From Tubiluchus corallicola (taxonomy: Eukaryota; Animalia; Priapulida): a stretch of DNA of 64,000 nt. Of the stretch, positions 12,134 through 39,226 are shown in pieces. The first letter of the stretch is position 1. Every line of letters begins with the position of its first letter. A model generated the notes under the pieces. It ran no database searches, had not been told where the DNA came from, and saw nothing but the letters and a program-made list of their open reading frames with translations. The position numbers and the translations under genes are program-made. The DNA lies in the NCBI GenBank assembly GCA_030141605.1, contig JAQGDQ010000256.1:186001-250000 (forward strand). The letters are read 5' to 3'.

Positions 12134-13017
12134 ATGGCTAGTAAGTTTTTTCCATAATCTGGTACGAAATTTTGTTTGAAATATCCAGTCGGCTTCATTT
12201 TATCTTCAGATATAAGTTTTGCTAAGTTCACGTAACTGTTTTTAGTCAGAATATGGATTTTTCAAGACCACGATATGATTCGCCACTAATTATAGCAATT
12301 TGCGGAACCCTCATGACTCCGCAAGGGGCCCACAGTCATAATATTATACAAGACTTAGAGCTCCTACAAACTTCTGTTTGGATTTGTGAAAATTTATTAA
12401 TGAGGAAAGGGAAAGGATAGTTTGATCACGATTATTGTGATTTACGGAATGTTTGTCAAGTTTGCACTGCCTTCTTCCAATCATCAATGTGCGGGCACAA
12501 AGCACATCTAGACTGCACGGATTTCTCGATTATGGGCAATCTTGGAAGAGTTTAGGATTTCGGGTTTTCACTGGGGTATTCTATATCAATTGTACCCGAG
12601 TAGAGGTCATCTGAGTGAAGCAGTGAAACTTAGTGTGCGTTATATACACTTTTTGAGCGACGTTTTGAAATTATAAAAATATAATTCGTAACAATTGACA
12701 GGCAGGAGCAGAAGCAGAAGTCCGAGAAGGAGCCGAAATCGCCGCCGTAGCAGCAGCCGCCGTCGACCAAAACACATATATGGAATCAAAAGATTAAGAG
12801 TGCCCCGTTCTCGCAGAGGCCGCCGTCGTAGACGCCGACCTAGAATCTTTAGAAGGTTAGTCTGTTCATAGACGTTGAGTAAGTTATAAAAGTATTGCAA
12901 GTTTTGCTCGCTTCTTTTCTTTTTCTCTTTATTTTCTTTTCTTTGTCTTACACTGGTTTTTATTTCAATTTGTATTATTTTTGTAGGGGCAAATCAGTCC
13001 TAATAATGGAAAATTAA
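12134..13017 (+). CDS. Protamine-like / sperm nuclear basic protein (Arg/Ser-rich), spliced: join(12134..12140,12702..12855,12987..13017), 63 aa; or join(12134..12140,12702..12871), 58 aa
   Basis: ATG in good context (aacatcATGg), phase-1 donor A|GTAAGT at 12141, acceptor TTGACAG|GC at 12701, giving MASRSRSRSPRRSRNRRRSSSRRRPKHIYGIKRLRVPRSRRGRRRRRRPRIFRR. It then reads either LVCS* or, via AG|GTTAGT and TTTTGTAG|G, GKSVLIMEN*. 26 Arg; AATAAA at 13157. Confidence 0.72.
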
Positions 13018-13725
13018 AGTATCTTGCCAACCGAAGAGGCAATCAGCAGCACTAATTGGAAATGAACAAAAAGAGCAAAACACAAAAATTTCATGTGTAA
13101 CCGCTGTCATTTTGAAAAGACTGTGATGTCTGTTAAGCTATGAGCTTGATATCGAAAATAAACTATTGCGAAAAATTATTGAGAACATTTTAACTTGAAA
13201 ACATGGTCTTCATCTTTTCATTCATTTTAGTATCATTGTTATCATGAGCAAGTCAGCAACCCGTTTCAACTTGCATTTAATGCCAAAATTACAATTAGTT
13301 CCAATAAAAATAGAATCGTTAATTAACTTTTACTTTAAAATTTTGTATTCCCACGTCAGCGGTTAAAAATTCTCTGAGAATTTGGGAAAGCCTTGTATTG
13401 GGAAGAATTTGATAGGCCTTGTAAACCTTAAATTCCTATACGCCCTGAGAATTAGTAGGCTGTTCATTCATGACAAATGATTAAACTACTAAGCGAGAGC
13501 ATATTTAGGCTACAATTACCCAACACTCCAATATTTAAAAATCACTGCTGGCGATTCCACACTAATTTGACAGGTTGCATAAAATTCTATGCTAAATGAA
13601 TATAACCATCCTTCAACTTCGTTATTAATTAGTTTGAATTTGTAAGAAAGTTTTGACGTGTTTATTATACAACACTAATAAACAAACTTCAAGTGCACCA
13701 CAGCAGTTCACAATTGTGTAATAAT

Positions 13726-13726
<1 letters not shown>

Positions 13727-13822
<96 letters not shown>

Positions 13823-14260
13823 GTTTATTCTTAAAAACGCACTCTATCTGAAGATCTCAGTGCTACTTATAATACAGTTAAAAGAGATAAAAATCATAAA
13901 ACCAGTCACAATGAAGATAATTAGGCAGTTTCAGTTTAAAAGAAAAAGCAACGCATGACATTGCATAAAAAACTTACAGTTACAGTTTACAGTAAAAATA
14001 GTTAAAGCAGTTATAATTTTAAATTTATTTAATTTTAAAAAGTCGTGGTTACAAGTAAAAATGCAGAGATTAAATTAATATTCTAGAATATTTAAGTGCA
14101 AATCAATTAAACAGGAATAGCCTAAAACGATTCACTAAAATTTTGGAGAAACATTTTCGAGTGCTTTTTTGAAGGTTATGATAGAATTTAAAGCACAAAT
14201 CTCTTTAAGCAGAGCATTTCAGAACTTGGGAGCAGCAATAGAAAATGCGCTCGAAATCGC
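13727..14260 (-). mobile_element. L2-clade LINE 3' remnant with (TTA)n tail
   Basis: Minus-strand translation RAFSIAAPKF*NALLKEICALNSIITFKKALE matches the L2 ORF2 C-terminus (RAFSVAAPxLWNxLP...FKxxLKT). The element ends in AATAAA plus the (AAT)n tract at 13727-13821. Confidence 0.8.
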
Positions 14261-14362
14261 TTAAGGTACTATAGTGTAAGCCTATTGCACATTCACAGCA
14301 ATTATATAACTCACACAATTTCACATACATTAATCAAGAACTTTTATTATAATACATCATTA

Positions 14363-14569
14363 TGGCGTGTTTAGACTAGATAGTTTTCTCTCGCAAGTTC
14401 TCTCTGACAATAAACTTACAAGTGTGAACGGCTTTTCAAGTTCTCTCGCACGTTATTGCAAACTCAGCGAGAGTTGCTGAGAGTTCTTAGGCGTTCACAC
14501 TTGCGAGTTTACTCTCAGAGAGAACTTGCGCAGGAACTTGGGAGAGAACTCTCTAGTCTGAACACGCCA
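14363..14569. mobile_element. PIF/Harbinger-type palindromic MITE
   Basis: TIRs TGGCGTGTTTAGACTAGA / TCTAGTCTGAACACGCCA, extensive internal self-complementarity, TTA duplicated on both flanks. Confidence 0.85.
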
Positions 14570-15334
14570 TTATGGCAATCAACGTGAGTTTAGAAGTTCT
14601 ACGTTCGAAAAATTCTCGCCAAATGTCTTCCAATTGTTAGTATTTATTATACATAAACTATTTACATTAATACAGACAATAAGATAATTCAAATATTGAA
14701 TTGTGGTCACTTGCTTTATAAGCTTTCAAAAATAATGTGTATTAAACATAATATTAATTGACAGGAAAATTCTCAAGGTTTTATTCTTACTGAAAAACAA
14801 TGAAATAATCCCTTTAACTTTCAATTTTTTGTAGTAATTACTTTAATTCTAATTAGGCACTTCATTTTATGACAAACGAAAAACATCACGAGTATGAATC
14901 CACTGTTTTTTAAACAATTTTGTGACTTATTTCGCACTGATCATCGCATCAGATTCGAAAATCTCCGAGCATTAGAGAAAAAGCCTTTTATAAGTACTTT
15001 TGCTAAAATATGTATATTTTTAACGAAACTTTCTTAAATGACTACTGTAGCAAAATTGGTGACTCTGGGACTCTAGCAATTACTATATTGATAATACAAA
15101 ATTTAGGTGCGTGTAAATTAAAGAGTACTGTGCAACAAGCATTTACGTGCATTACGATTTTAGTATTTAATTAGTTTGTATAATTTAAAAGTATTTTATA
15201 GTATTTAATTAGTAATATAAAAGAAAAACTTAATAAAAAACAATGGTTAGATAAACATCCACTTTATAGTAATCACAGTAGTAAATGAAAACATTTTCCT
15301 CTGTCATTGATGGACATATATCACCAACATTACA

Positions 15335-30202
<14,868 letters not shown>

Positions 30203-30379
30203 GTATCTTTTGTAGCACAAGAAACTGTAAAATCAAGAACGCCTGTCATTGCAAAACGATCACTGCATCATGAAAGAAAGACAGGGAAACGCAGATAGAG
30301 AAAAGGGGGGAAGAAAAGAGAAATAAGAGAAAAAAGAAGGGGAAAGGAAAAAAAGAGTGAAAAGAGATGAGCTGGAGTT

Positions 30380-30381
<2 letters not shown>

Positions 30382-30421
<40 letters not shown>
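30382..30421. repeat. (GA)n microsatellite
   Basis: Seen directly. Confidence 0.93.
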
Positions 30422-30424
<3 letters not shown>

Positions 30425-32360
30425 TGTGTTTGAAAGAAGCAGATAGAAGAGTAAACAAAACAGTAACGAAAGAAAAGGAAACAAAGAAACCAGGAAAGGA
30501 AAGGGAACAAGGTTTAAAGTGAAGTTTGCATACTAAAGCAACACATAAATTTGAACGACGAGACTGATTATAAACTTTTGAACAAAATCACACAAGTAGC
30601 TGAAAATACTATAATGCATCATGTATAAGAATGTTAGCCATATTGAAGAGTTATTAAAATTATTAAATCATTCTAATCTAAATAATCTAGCAAGTAACCT
30701 AACCTCTAAGCAAACTTCCATTCTGGTAATATGATTATAAATACAACCTTTAAATTTGGATAAACGAAATCGTGAAATCAAAGGCTCAAGATACGCCGTC
30801 CTCTTGACTGGTTATCTGATCAGTGAATGTCGAGAGGAGAACTTAGCTGATTTTGAAATTTTCCGGCTTTCACGATCACAATATGCAGCACAAAACACAA
30901 ATCACTGTGACAAATAAAATACCGACATTCTCTGCTGAAGTTTAGACAATATCTTTCCGAAAACCAAACATGCAAATGTCGTTGAAATGACTGTAAAGTC
31001 TTGAGGTCGCCATCCGTTATTAACGAACGTTGTTATAGAAACCGGCGGATTTACCACTTTTGGAAGCCATAAAGTCACTTATTTCGGAAGCCATAGTTTC
31101 TGTATTCTAATGGCTTAAAACTAGCAGAGCCAGATCTTTTTACTTTTGTTCAATTGTGAAAATCTACACTAGCTTCATCAATGATTTGTAGTCTGGCGCA
31201 GTGTACCAGCCCCAGTGCAACAGAATAGTTGGCTTCGCAGACGATGCGTAGCGCAATTATGTGGAATTTGATTTGAAGCATAGCTAAATGCATTATGCAT
31301 TCCTGCAGGTACCGTACAAGTTGATGAACAATGTATCATTCCGCGTTAATGTTGCATTATTTCAGTGGGCAAATTTAATTGTCAGTGCTGCGTTTATACT
31401 GCGTTTACGCTAAATGTGTTACCCGGCAAGAGAGACAGTCCTTTCACACGTTCCCTAGGAACCAAGTTTTTCATAAGTTCCTCGCAAATTTTAAAAAAAA
31501 TTGTTAAAATAGCAATTGTAACAGGAACCACATGGTAAATTTGGTTCCGAATCTACAATTCATGAGAATTCTGATGGCATCAAACTTGTCTTCAAAAGTC
31601 TACTGGAAAGTCACTGGTGTAACCAAAAGTAGACACCACCTTTTTTTAAACAACCCAAACATGTTTTACACATAGTAGGCCGATCAAGATTGGACAACAT
31701 TTCGGCAGTAACAGAAGCACACGCATTCCTCATCCGTTCCTCAAGGGTTAGGCTTGGTGGCGTTCACTTTGCTGTCCACTAAGGTAGCTCAACAAAAACT
31801 TGCATGGTATGTGATGTGGCTAGTCGCTCCTCTAAATCAGCATGGCAGCAGAAGAAACGGTATAAAACATAAGCGTAAATTCAATAATTTCTCAATTACT
31901 TAGTAAGAGTTTACCACAAGATGAACGTTCGTTAGCCAATTAGCAGCAAAAAATTAAATAAAATTGGTGGGTGACTGTTTATGAATTGTCTAAAGTACGC
32001 ATGACGCGTTGTCTTTCTACGTGTGTGGAATAAAGCGATTGTAAATAAAGCGAATAAAGCGTCTGCGTTTTATTCACGACTGACCCCGAATGCAGACATC
32101 ACACAATCATAGCTTGCCCAGCAATATTTAAAATTAGGGAAACTATAAAAGAAAAGAAACTGTTTTTATCCACTTTATTGTTCTAGCAACGAATATCCAC
32201 TCTCAGTTTATTAAACCTTCTTTAACGAGAGTGCATTGTGTAACAGGCAAACTCTAGGGCAGCCTTCACATAAACAATAGTAGGATGTACTATTGATGAT
32301 AAATAACATTCACACTATAAATCAAGTTATTTTGCCAAAAACCATTGAAAAAACCAGCAC

Positions 32361-32710
32361 AGAGACCCGCAAAACTAGAAAATTAAGTGCATGGACCCGC
32401 AAAACTAGTAAACTAAGTGCAGAGACCCGCAAAACTAGAAAATTAAGTGCAGGGACCCGCAAAACTAGTAAACTAAGTGCAGGGATCCGCAAAACTAGAA
32501 AACTATGTGCAGGGACCCGCAAAACTAGAAAACTATGTGCGGGGACCCACAAAACTAGAAAACTAAGTGCAGGGACCCGCAAAACTAGAAAACTATGTGC
32601 GGGGACCCACAAAACTAGAAAACTAAGTGCAGGGACTCGCAAAACTAGAACGCCAAGTGCAGGAACCCGTAATACTAGAAAACTAAGTGCAGGGACCCAC
32701 AAAACTAGAA
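32361..32710. repeat. 30-bp minisatellite, about 11.7 copies (AGGGACCCGCAAAACTAGAAAACTAAGTGC)
   Basis: Exact 30-nt period visible; an inverted partial copy lies at 32956-33006. Confidence 0.95.
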
Positions 32711-33044
32711 ATTCCAGTAAGACTTTTTATATTAAACAGCAGTCGCGACACGTAAAACTGGCATACAGCTGACCCTAAGTACCAAACTGAAGGATTCATA
32801 CATTCCCAGACATTTAGACTTTTATAAGCAAATTATAGGCAGGCAGACAGGCAGGTAGGCATCTTGTCCGTTTCGTGCTTTTGAATCAAAATGAAAATTT
32901 TTTCACTATTCAGCAAACTAAATGCCCATTCATTTTGTGTCAAATAGCAGCCATTTTTTGCGGGTCCTTGTACTTAGTTTTCTAGTTTTGCAATTCCCTG
33001 TGCTAGTTACTGGCACTGCTGTACTAGACAGGCAGCTAGGAATG

Positions 33045-33403
33045 CAGGCAGGCAGGTAGGTAGGCAGGTAGGCAGGCAAGTTGGTGAAAGGCAAGCAGAC
33101 AGGCAAGTAGGTAGGTAGGCAGGCAGGGAGGCAGGCAGGTAAGTAGGTAGGGAGATAGGTAGGTAGGTAGGTAGGTAGGTAGGTAGGTAGGTAGGTAGGT
33201 AGGTAGGTAGGTAGGTAGGTAGGTAGGTAGGTAGGTAGGTAGGTAGGTAGGTAAGTAGGTTGGTAGGTAGGTAGGTAGGTAGGTAGGTAGGTAGGTAGGT
33301 AGGTAGGTAGGTAGGTAGGTAGGTAGGTAGGTAAGTAGGAAGGTTGGGAGGCAGGCAGGTTACCTGCCTGCCTTCCTACCTACTTGCCTGCCTATCCACC
33401 TAG
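33045..33403. repeat. (AGGT)n/(AGGC)n array with a short inverted tail
   Basis: Seen directly. Confidence 0.93.
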
Positions 33404-35467
33404 TTTTATACAGTGCGCACGTTACCACCAGAGTCATTGACAAGGTTGTTGAGAGAGACTGGTTGTTATTTGGTGCAATATATGAGTATAATCTAGACCA
33501 TGAACTAGATGTAACAAACCACAGTTATTACTGTCATTAATATCTACATTTCTACACAAGAAACCACACAACAGCCTTCGGCAAGATTAACAAACCCTAT
33601 TAATGACTGGCCGAACAATTATAATACCTGTACTGCTCAAAGGTAACTTCTCTTATGTAATTGCTGTAGTTACCCAACTCGGGAACGTGAGGGGTGCGCT
33701 TAATATCGCCCATTGTACAGCTGTGACTACATCACAAAAATATGCAAGTCAACCCTTATAATAATGTTACTGAGGCGGAATGCCATTTATTTTCGACCCA
33801 TCCCTCTACATTGTGAGGTGCGTTTTTTTTCACGTCAGCCCTTGCTCCGTAATGACAACCAGCATGGAGCACAATGGATTAGATATCTACACAATTCTAT
33901 AATTTCACATTCACTACTGCTGTTTTGCGTTTTCTTCCCAACTATGTTATGGCAGGAAGAATCAGCATAGATAGATTTAATTGGCAGTAAGATGTGAGCA
34001 AAACCACTGTAAGCTAAGAGTTGCACAGCTGTTTGTCCTATTTAAATTCCACTCTTAGTAGTGATTTCGTGATTTAAATTTAAGATTTAAAGATATTCTA
34101 AACTGTAATACAACCCGAGTTTAATTTATTTAGTGTCAAAAGTTGTCAGCATATTAGGAGATTGCACTACTCGAAAACTGTCACGAAAGCAATGCGTTGA
34201 AACACAACCTGAGTTTAATTTATTTAGTATCCAAAGCTGTCAACATAATAAGCTGAGGACATCATAAGAGTTGTCATCTTGTGCTGTCCGAGGGTATGTA
34301 AGCAGATGAGAAACCCGCGTTCTGAGCCCTTCGTACTCGACAATTTCAACAAATTGTTTGCATTTTTGTTTGGCTAATATTTTTCCGTGGTTTTGTAATT
34401 TAGAATATTGTTTCAGCTCCGAAATAGTTCCGAGTTCGATTATATGGTTTTAGTTATATATACACTGTAAGCCTGAGGCAGTCGTATAATAACCATACGC
34501 GCAAGGTTTAGTTAAAGTACTCGTGCTCTAGCACGTTAAGTTTTAAGAATAATCAGTCCCCCCTAATCTCTAGGCAACACTGATAAATATATTCTGTTCA
34601 ATTCAGATTCTGCAATACAGAATCTTCTTGTTATAATATATTTTTTATTTCTAAATGAAAAAAGTGTTGGCGACACTCTCGAAAGGCGTACTTTCCAATT
34701 CACTTTGTCAGTCAATGAATGATGAGCTCTGTTGATAGTCGTCTGAGTGTAGACAGGGTTTTTTCTCGACACTTAAATTGCAAAGTCGCTCTTTTTGACT
34801 CGCAAAGTTAGATTTTGAACCGCATATTACAACTGTACGTATACATGCTTGTACCAAAGTAGAGATAGTATATAGCACATGTATATTCATTATCTAAAGA
34901 AGTTTATTAAAAAATAGTCCTATTGTACATCTAATTTGATCAGATTTTTGGCACTTAAAAAAGCTAATGCAGCCTAATTTAGATCTCATTTTTGGCCTCT
35001 AAAATGAATTAAATGCAGGAAAAACAAGTCCAGATGCCATAGATGGAAATTTGGGGAAGGGGGATACGGGATGTTTCTACACCCTTTGCCCATTCTGCAT
35101 AAAATCTTTCATAAAGTCACTGACCTTCTGAAAACCAATATAAAAATGATTTAAGATCAACAGATAAAGAGAAATCATAACTAGTGGTTTAATCATTTTC
35201 AGTTATTTCATACCAGTAAACTTGAGTAAATAAACATAATTTCCCCTATTTTTAAAATCGCCTGTCACACGTTTTTAAACGTTTTCAACATTCAGTCATC
35301 GTATTACTTTAGCAGGATGTTACCTTCTGTTATGCGTGCAACTTTACCTAGAGTAAGAAAATTCGAATGTCGAGTAACGTGATGGCTGGAAATTCTTGCA
35401 TAAATTGCTTCATGAGTTTTGCTTATTGTAATAATGCTAAAGACGCAACTAAAGCAATCGATCTGAT

Positions 35468-35728
<261 letters not shown>

Positions 35729-36770
35729 AATTTTAATAAATAACTGTATTTTACATTAAAATTCCTTTCCAACCCATTTCAATACTAAAAAAGAGCTCTA
35801 GATATTATAATGTAGATTTAATAAGCAACTGAACGCAATGTATAGCAAAATACTACAATAACACTATTATACTATACACGAGTTATTTTAACTAAAGTAG
35901 GCCTAAAATTACAAGCGAAATAATAAAAACATTGTACTTGGACATTATCAAAGCAAATAATTTATAACTTTTATAAGCTCATTCCAGCTAATTACGATAA
36001 CAATTTTCACATGTCAGGTTACGATGCAATGTAAAATAATTAACGGCGTACATATACACTAGCGGTGTAGTTCAAGCTAGCTCATAGAGATTACAGGAAA
36101 ACCAACCTTCGAATAACATTTATTACATTTTAATATACAGTTAAAAATATTGAAATCATCACACAATATATGCGCATAAATGCCTTGTTTAAAGATGCAA
36201 AAGAAATTTAAATATTTCTTATCTTCCGCTAAATAAACTTCGCGGCGGCCCTGTGGGCACATTTGAAAAAATGACGTAAGCTGGTGCCTGCTGGGCAGCG
36301 TGAATGCCACGAAAGCGAGCTCTGTGAAGGTACGCGTTGCAAAATTTCTACAATTCACGCTGAAGTCCCGTTATTTTAGCGTTGTGTTTAACTGTGTTTA
36401 TGTAAAAATTGGCTCTCGGATCAATTGTGAATTTAAAGTGGTTACATAGCTTTAATCCACAGGATTATATCTAAAATGCTCAACTGTGCAAGTAGTGTAC
36501 ATTAATTGTATACACGATTAATCAACATATTTTTGTTCACTTTATGATACGCAAGCTTGCTAACTTACGAGCATATAGTAGATGCCGGGGGGGGGGGTAG
36601 ATTGTTAAAATGATTATTCTGTTACTTTGCCACGGGTAATTCCAGGTTGTTAAATTACCTTCAGTAAATAATATTAATAATCTCTAGTTTAACGTTTTTG
36701 TTTGTTTATAGCTGATAATTGTAATTGCAGCTGCAAAAAAGTTTGCTCAAGCACCTTTTTATTGCATGCT

Positions 36771-37116
36771 AACCGGATGACGCCACTTTTCGTTCAAAAT
36801 GGGTACCCCCAAGGGTGAAGTGATCATGGCTTTAAATTGATTTTACTAATTACACGAGGTGCTTATCATAATTTTATTGCTGAAACTTTCTAACGTTTTT
36901 CTCAAATACTAAAATAAGCTCAATTTACTGGGAGACTTGCACGGTAACCGGATGACGCCATTTTTCGTTCAAAATGGGTGGGCCCAACGGTATAATAATC
37001 GTGACTTTAAGTTGATTTTACTAATTACACGCGGCGCTTATTATAATCTTATTACTGAAAACTTTCTAACCTTTTTCTGAAATATTAAAATAAGCCCAGT
37101 TTCCCGAGAGACTTGA
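36771..37116. repeat. Two diverged tandem copies of a 175-bp unit
   Basis: Both copies begin AACCGGATGACGCCA.TTTTCGTTCAAAATGGGT (36771 and 36946) and stay colinear to GAGACTTG. Confidence 0.88.
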
Positions 37117-37376
37117 ATTTGCCTTAAAGTAACATTAACACGGCACAAGCTCACATGGAGAGAGCAACTTATTTACTACATTACAATTATTATCTGACAA
37201 AAAGCTGTATGAATGTTGTTAGAAGCCAAGTGTTAACACTTAAAATGGAAAAAGTGTGCCAAAGGTGAATCCAAATGAAGAAAATCGAACCTTTACAGCT
37301 AGTGTGTTTAAAAATTAGCAAAATAGTAAATTACTCTATTACTTTCCATTTTGCAACTAGAAAACACGCAATGTCT

Positions 37377-37476
37377 TTACTGTATTCACTGTGTTCACTG
37401 TTCACTGTATTCACTGTGTTCACTGTTCACTGTATTCACTGTTTTCACTGTTCACTGTATTCACTGTGTTCACTGT
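37377..37476. repeat. Compound 7/9-bp tandem repeat (TTCACTG / TTCACTGTA / TTCACTGTG)
   Basis: Seen directly. Confidence 0.88.
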
Positions 37477-38260
37477 ATAAATCGATTTTTAGCATCTTAA
37501 AGAAGAAGGAAAGGGAATTTCCCAAAGTATATCCCAAAGAACTGTCCATGCAAAGTTATACCACTTAGTCTTACACTTATCTTTTTCAAAGACTTGTGTG
37601 CCCGTAGAGTATCATACGAATGCCTTTTCAACTTTACGTAATGTCTTCTAAACTTGTTTCAAACGACTTGCCATCAAAACGGCTGCGCCTAATGATCGCC
37701 CGCGGCTTTAAATTTACAAGTTTCATACAGCGTTACTGCTAATGCAAGCCCTGTATGCAATAAGAAGCATGTAAATTTCGAACGATTTTTAAGCTTTGTT
37801 TACGAAGAGCGTTTTCTTGTGATTTAAACATTGTTACCTATAAACAGTGAGAGTCCAGTCCTGTTTTTCTGCGTACACTAGTAATTAGGTGTCTCTAGCT
37901 AAACACGCGAGCACGAAATGGCGTCATGGCTGATGCATCATGAGAAGAACTTTACGAATTTAGCGCAGAGCTTGCGAGAGCCGATCACGGGGGGGGGGGG
38001 GCGAAAAATTTTGAATATAAAAATTAGTCTTTAAGAGTTCGTGAAGAGTATCGCTTGATGAAAATAAAACACAGGAAGTGTTCTGAACCTATATTGTTTT
38101 ACAGTTTGGTTAGCCTTTAAGGTGTTTATTTAACAGGTAGGTTTGTACAGTTATACGTAAATTATTTCACCTCGAAGTTAGAAGTAGTCTTAAGTAGAAT
38201 AATTCTATTTCCGAGGCCGACCTTCCTATCAGATGAGAAGCTAGATCATCATAGTCCATT

Positions 38261-39226
38261 TTAATTCAATGCTACACTGTCAGTAGTCTCACCTGAAGAG
38301 CAGCAAAATGTTCGTTTGTACGCTTTTCGAATATCCTTGTGTCTTAGGGCATAGACAATTGGATTCCAACAAGAATTGGCCATCACAAATGGACCAGCAA
38401 AGTCCACCCTGATGGCAGGCGACTTGAAATAAGAGTTAACAGTGGCTAAAATCCAGAATGGCATGCAGCTGCAAACAAACAACCCAATTACCGTAAAGAT
38501 GGTTACAGCGACATTTAGCTCGGTCTTGAAGTTGACCTCCAGCGAACTTTGAGTCGTCCTCAAGACTTGGTCTCGGATGGCCCGTATGTGCCGCCGTGCG
38601 ACAGTGAAAACCCTCGTGTACAGAAATACCATTGCAAAGCTCGGAATTAGATACAAGATGAGCGCAAAGAGCATAATCATCCAGAAAGGGTACGTGACAA
38701 ATATTAGACATAATTTGCTGAAGTCTAGCTGTTCCCAAGCGTAAACAGGAATCAAGTTTAACAGAAAAGAGACGAGCACTAGCATGCTTATGATGATGCC
38801 TATCCGCCTTGGAGAAAAAATTCTTTTGTATGAGAATGGGTGCACGATTGCCACGTATTGTTCAACAGCTATCATCAATAGCCCAAAAACGGAAAGTGTT
38901 ACCCCAAGCACCTTCAATATGTAAATTAATATGCAAGCTTCGTTCCTCACCTCTATGCCACTCATTCGAACATAAATAAACTGAATGTGCACCAGTCCTT
39001 GTACAAAATCAGATATAGCCAAAAGAGTGACTGTGTATAGTTTTAATCCCTTGAAAGTCTTCTGCCCCTCTTTGGCAACAATGGATAATATAGCCCCGTT
39101 GTTCACCAGTATCAGCAAAATGACAATTATATTCCAAGCCAGGAGGCCAGGTTCTAGAACACCGTAACTGACAGGATGTCTCTCTTGCAAAACGCTGTCG
39201 TTACTGACTGTAGAATTCGAGGTCAT
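38261..39226 (-). CDS. Intronless class A (rhodopsin-family) GPCR, orphan, adenosine/amine-receptor-like, 321 aa
   Basis: Seven hydrophobic segments, N-terminal N-glycosylation sequons, LAISD (TM2), EQY at the DRY position, NSCWNPIVY (TM7), helix 8 and C-terminal CC. Confidence 0.93.
   Translation of the reverse strand: MTSNSTVSNDSVLQERHPVSYGVLEPGLLAWNIIVILLILVNNGAILSIVAKEGQKTFKGLKLYTVTLLAISDFVQGLVHIQFIYVRMSGIEVRNEACILIYILKVLGVTLSVFGLLMIAVEQYVAIVHPFSYKRIFSPRRIGIIISMLVLVSFLLNLIPVYAWEQLDFSKLCLIFVTYPFWMIMLFALILYLIPSFAMVFLYTRVFTVARRHIRAIRDQVLRTTQSSLEVNFKTELNVAVTIFTVIGLFVCSCMPFWILATVNSYFKSPAIRVDFAGPFVMANSCWNPIVYALRHKDIRKAYKRTFCCSSGETTDSVALN

Noticed and set aside
12640-12900. 86-aa minus-strand Arg/Leu-rich ORF
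   Set aside because: Non-ATG start; best explained as the antisense shadow of the plus-strand protamine-like exon.
32293-32772. 159-aa basic repeat ORF, and possible CRISPR-like array
   Set aside because: Head-to-tail 30-bp minisatellite with no unique spacers, in a eukaryotic context with no cas genes; the open frame follows from the unit length.
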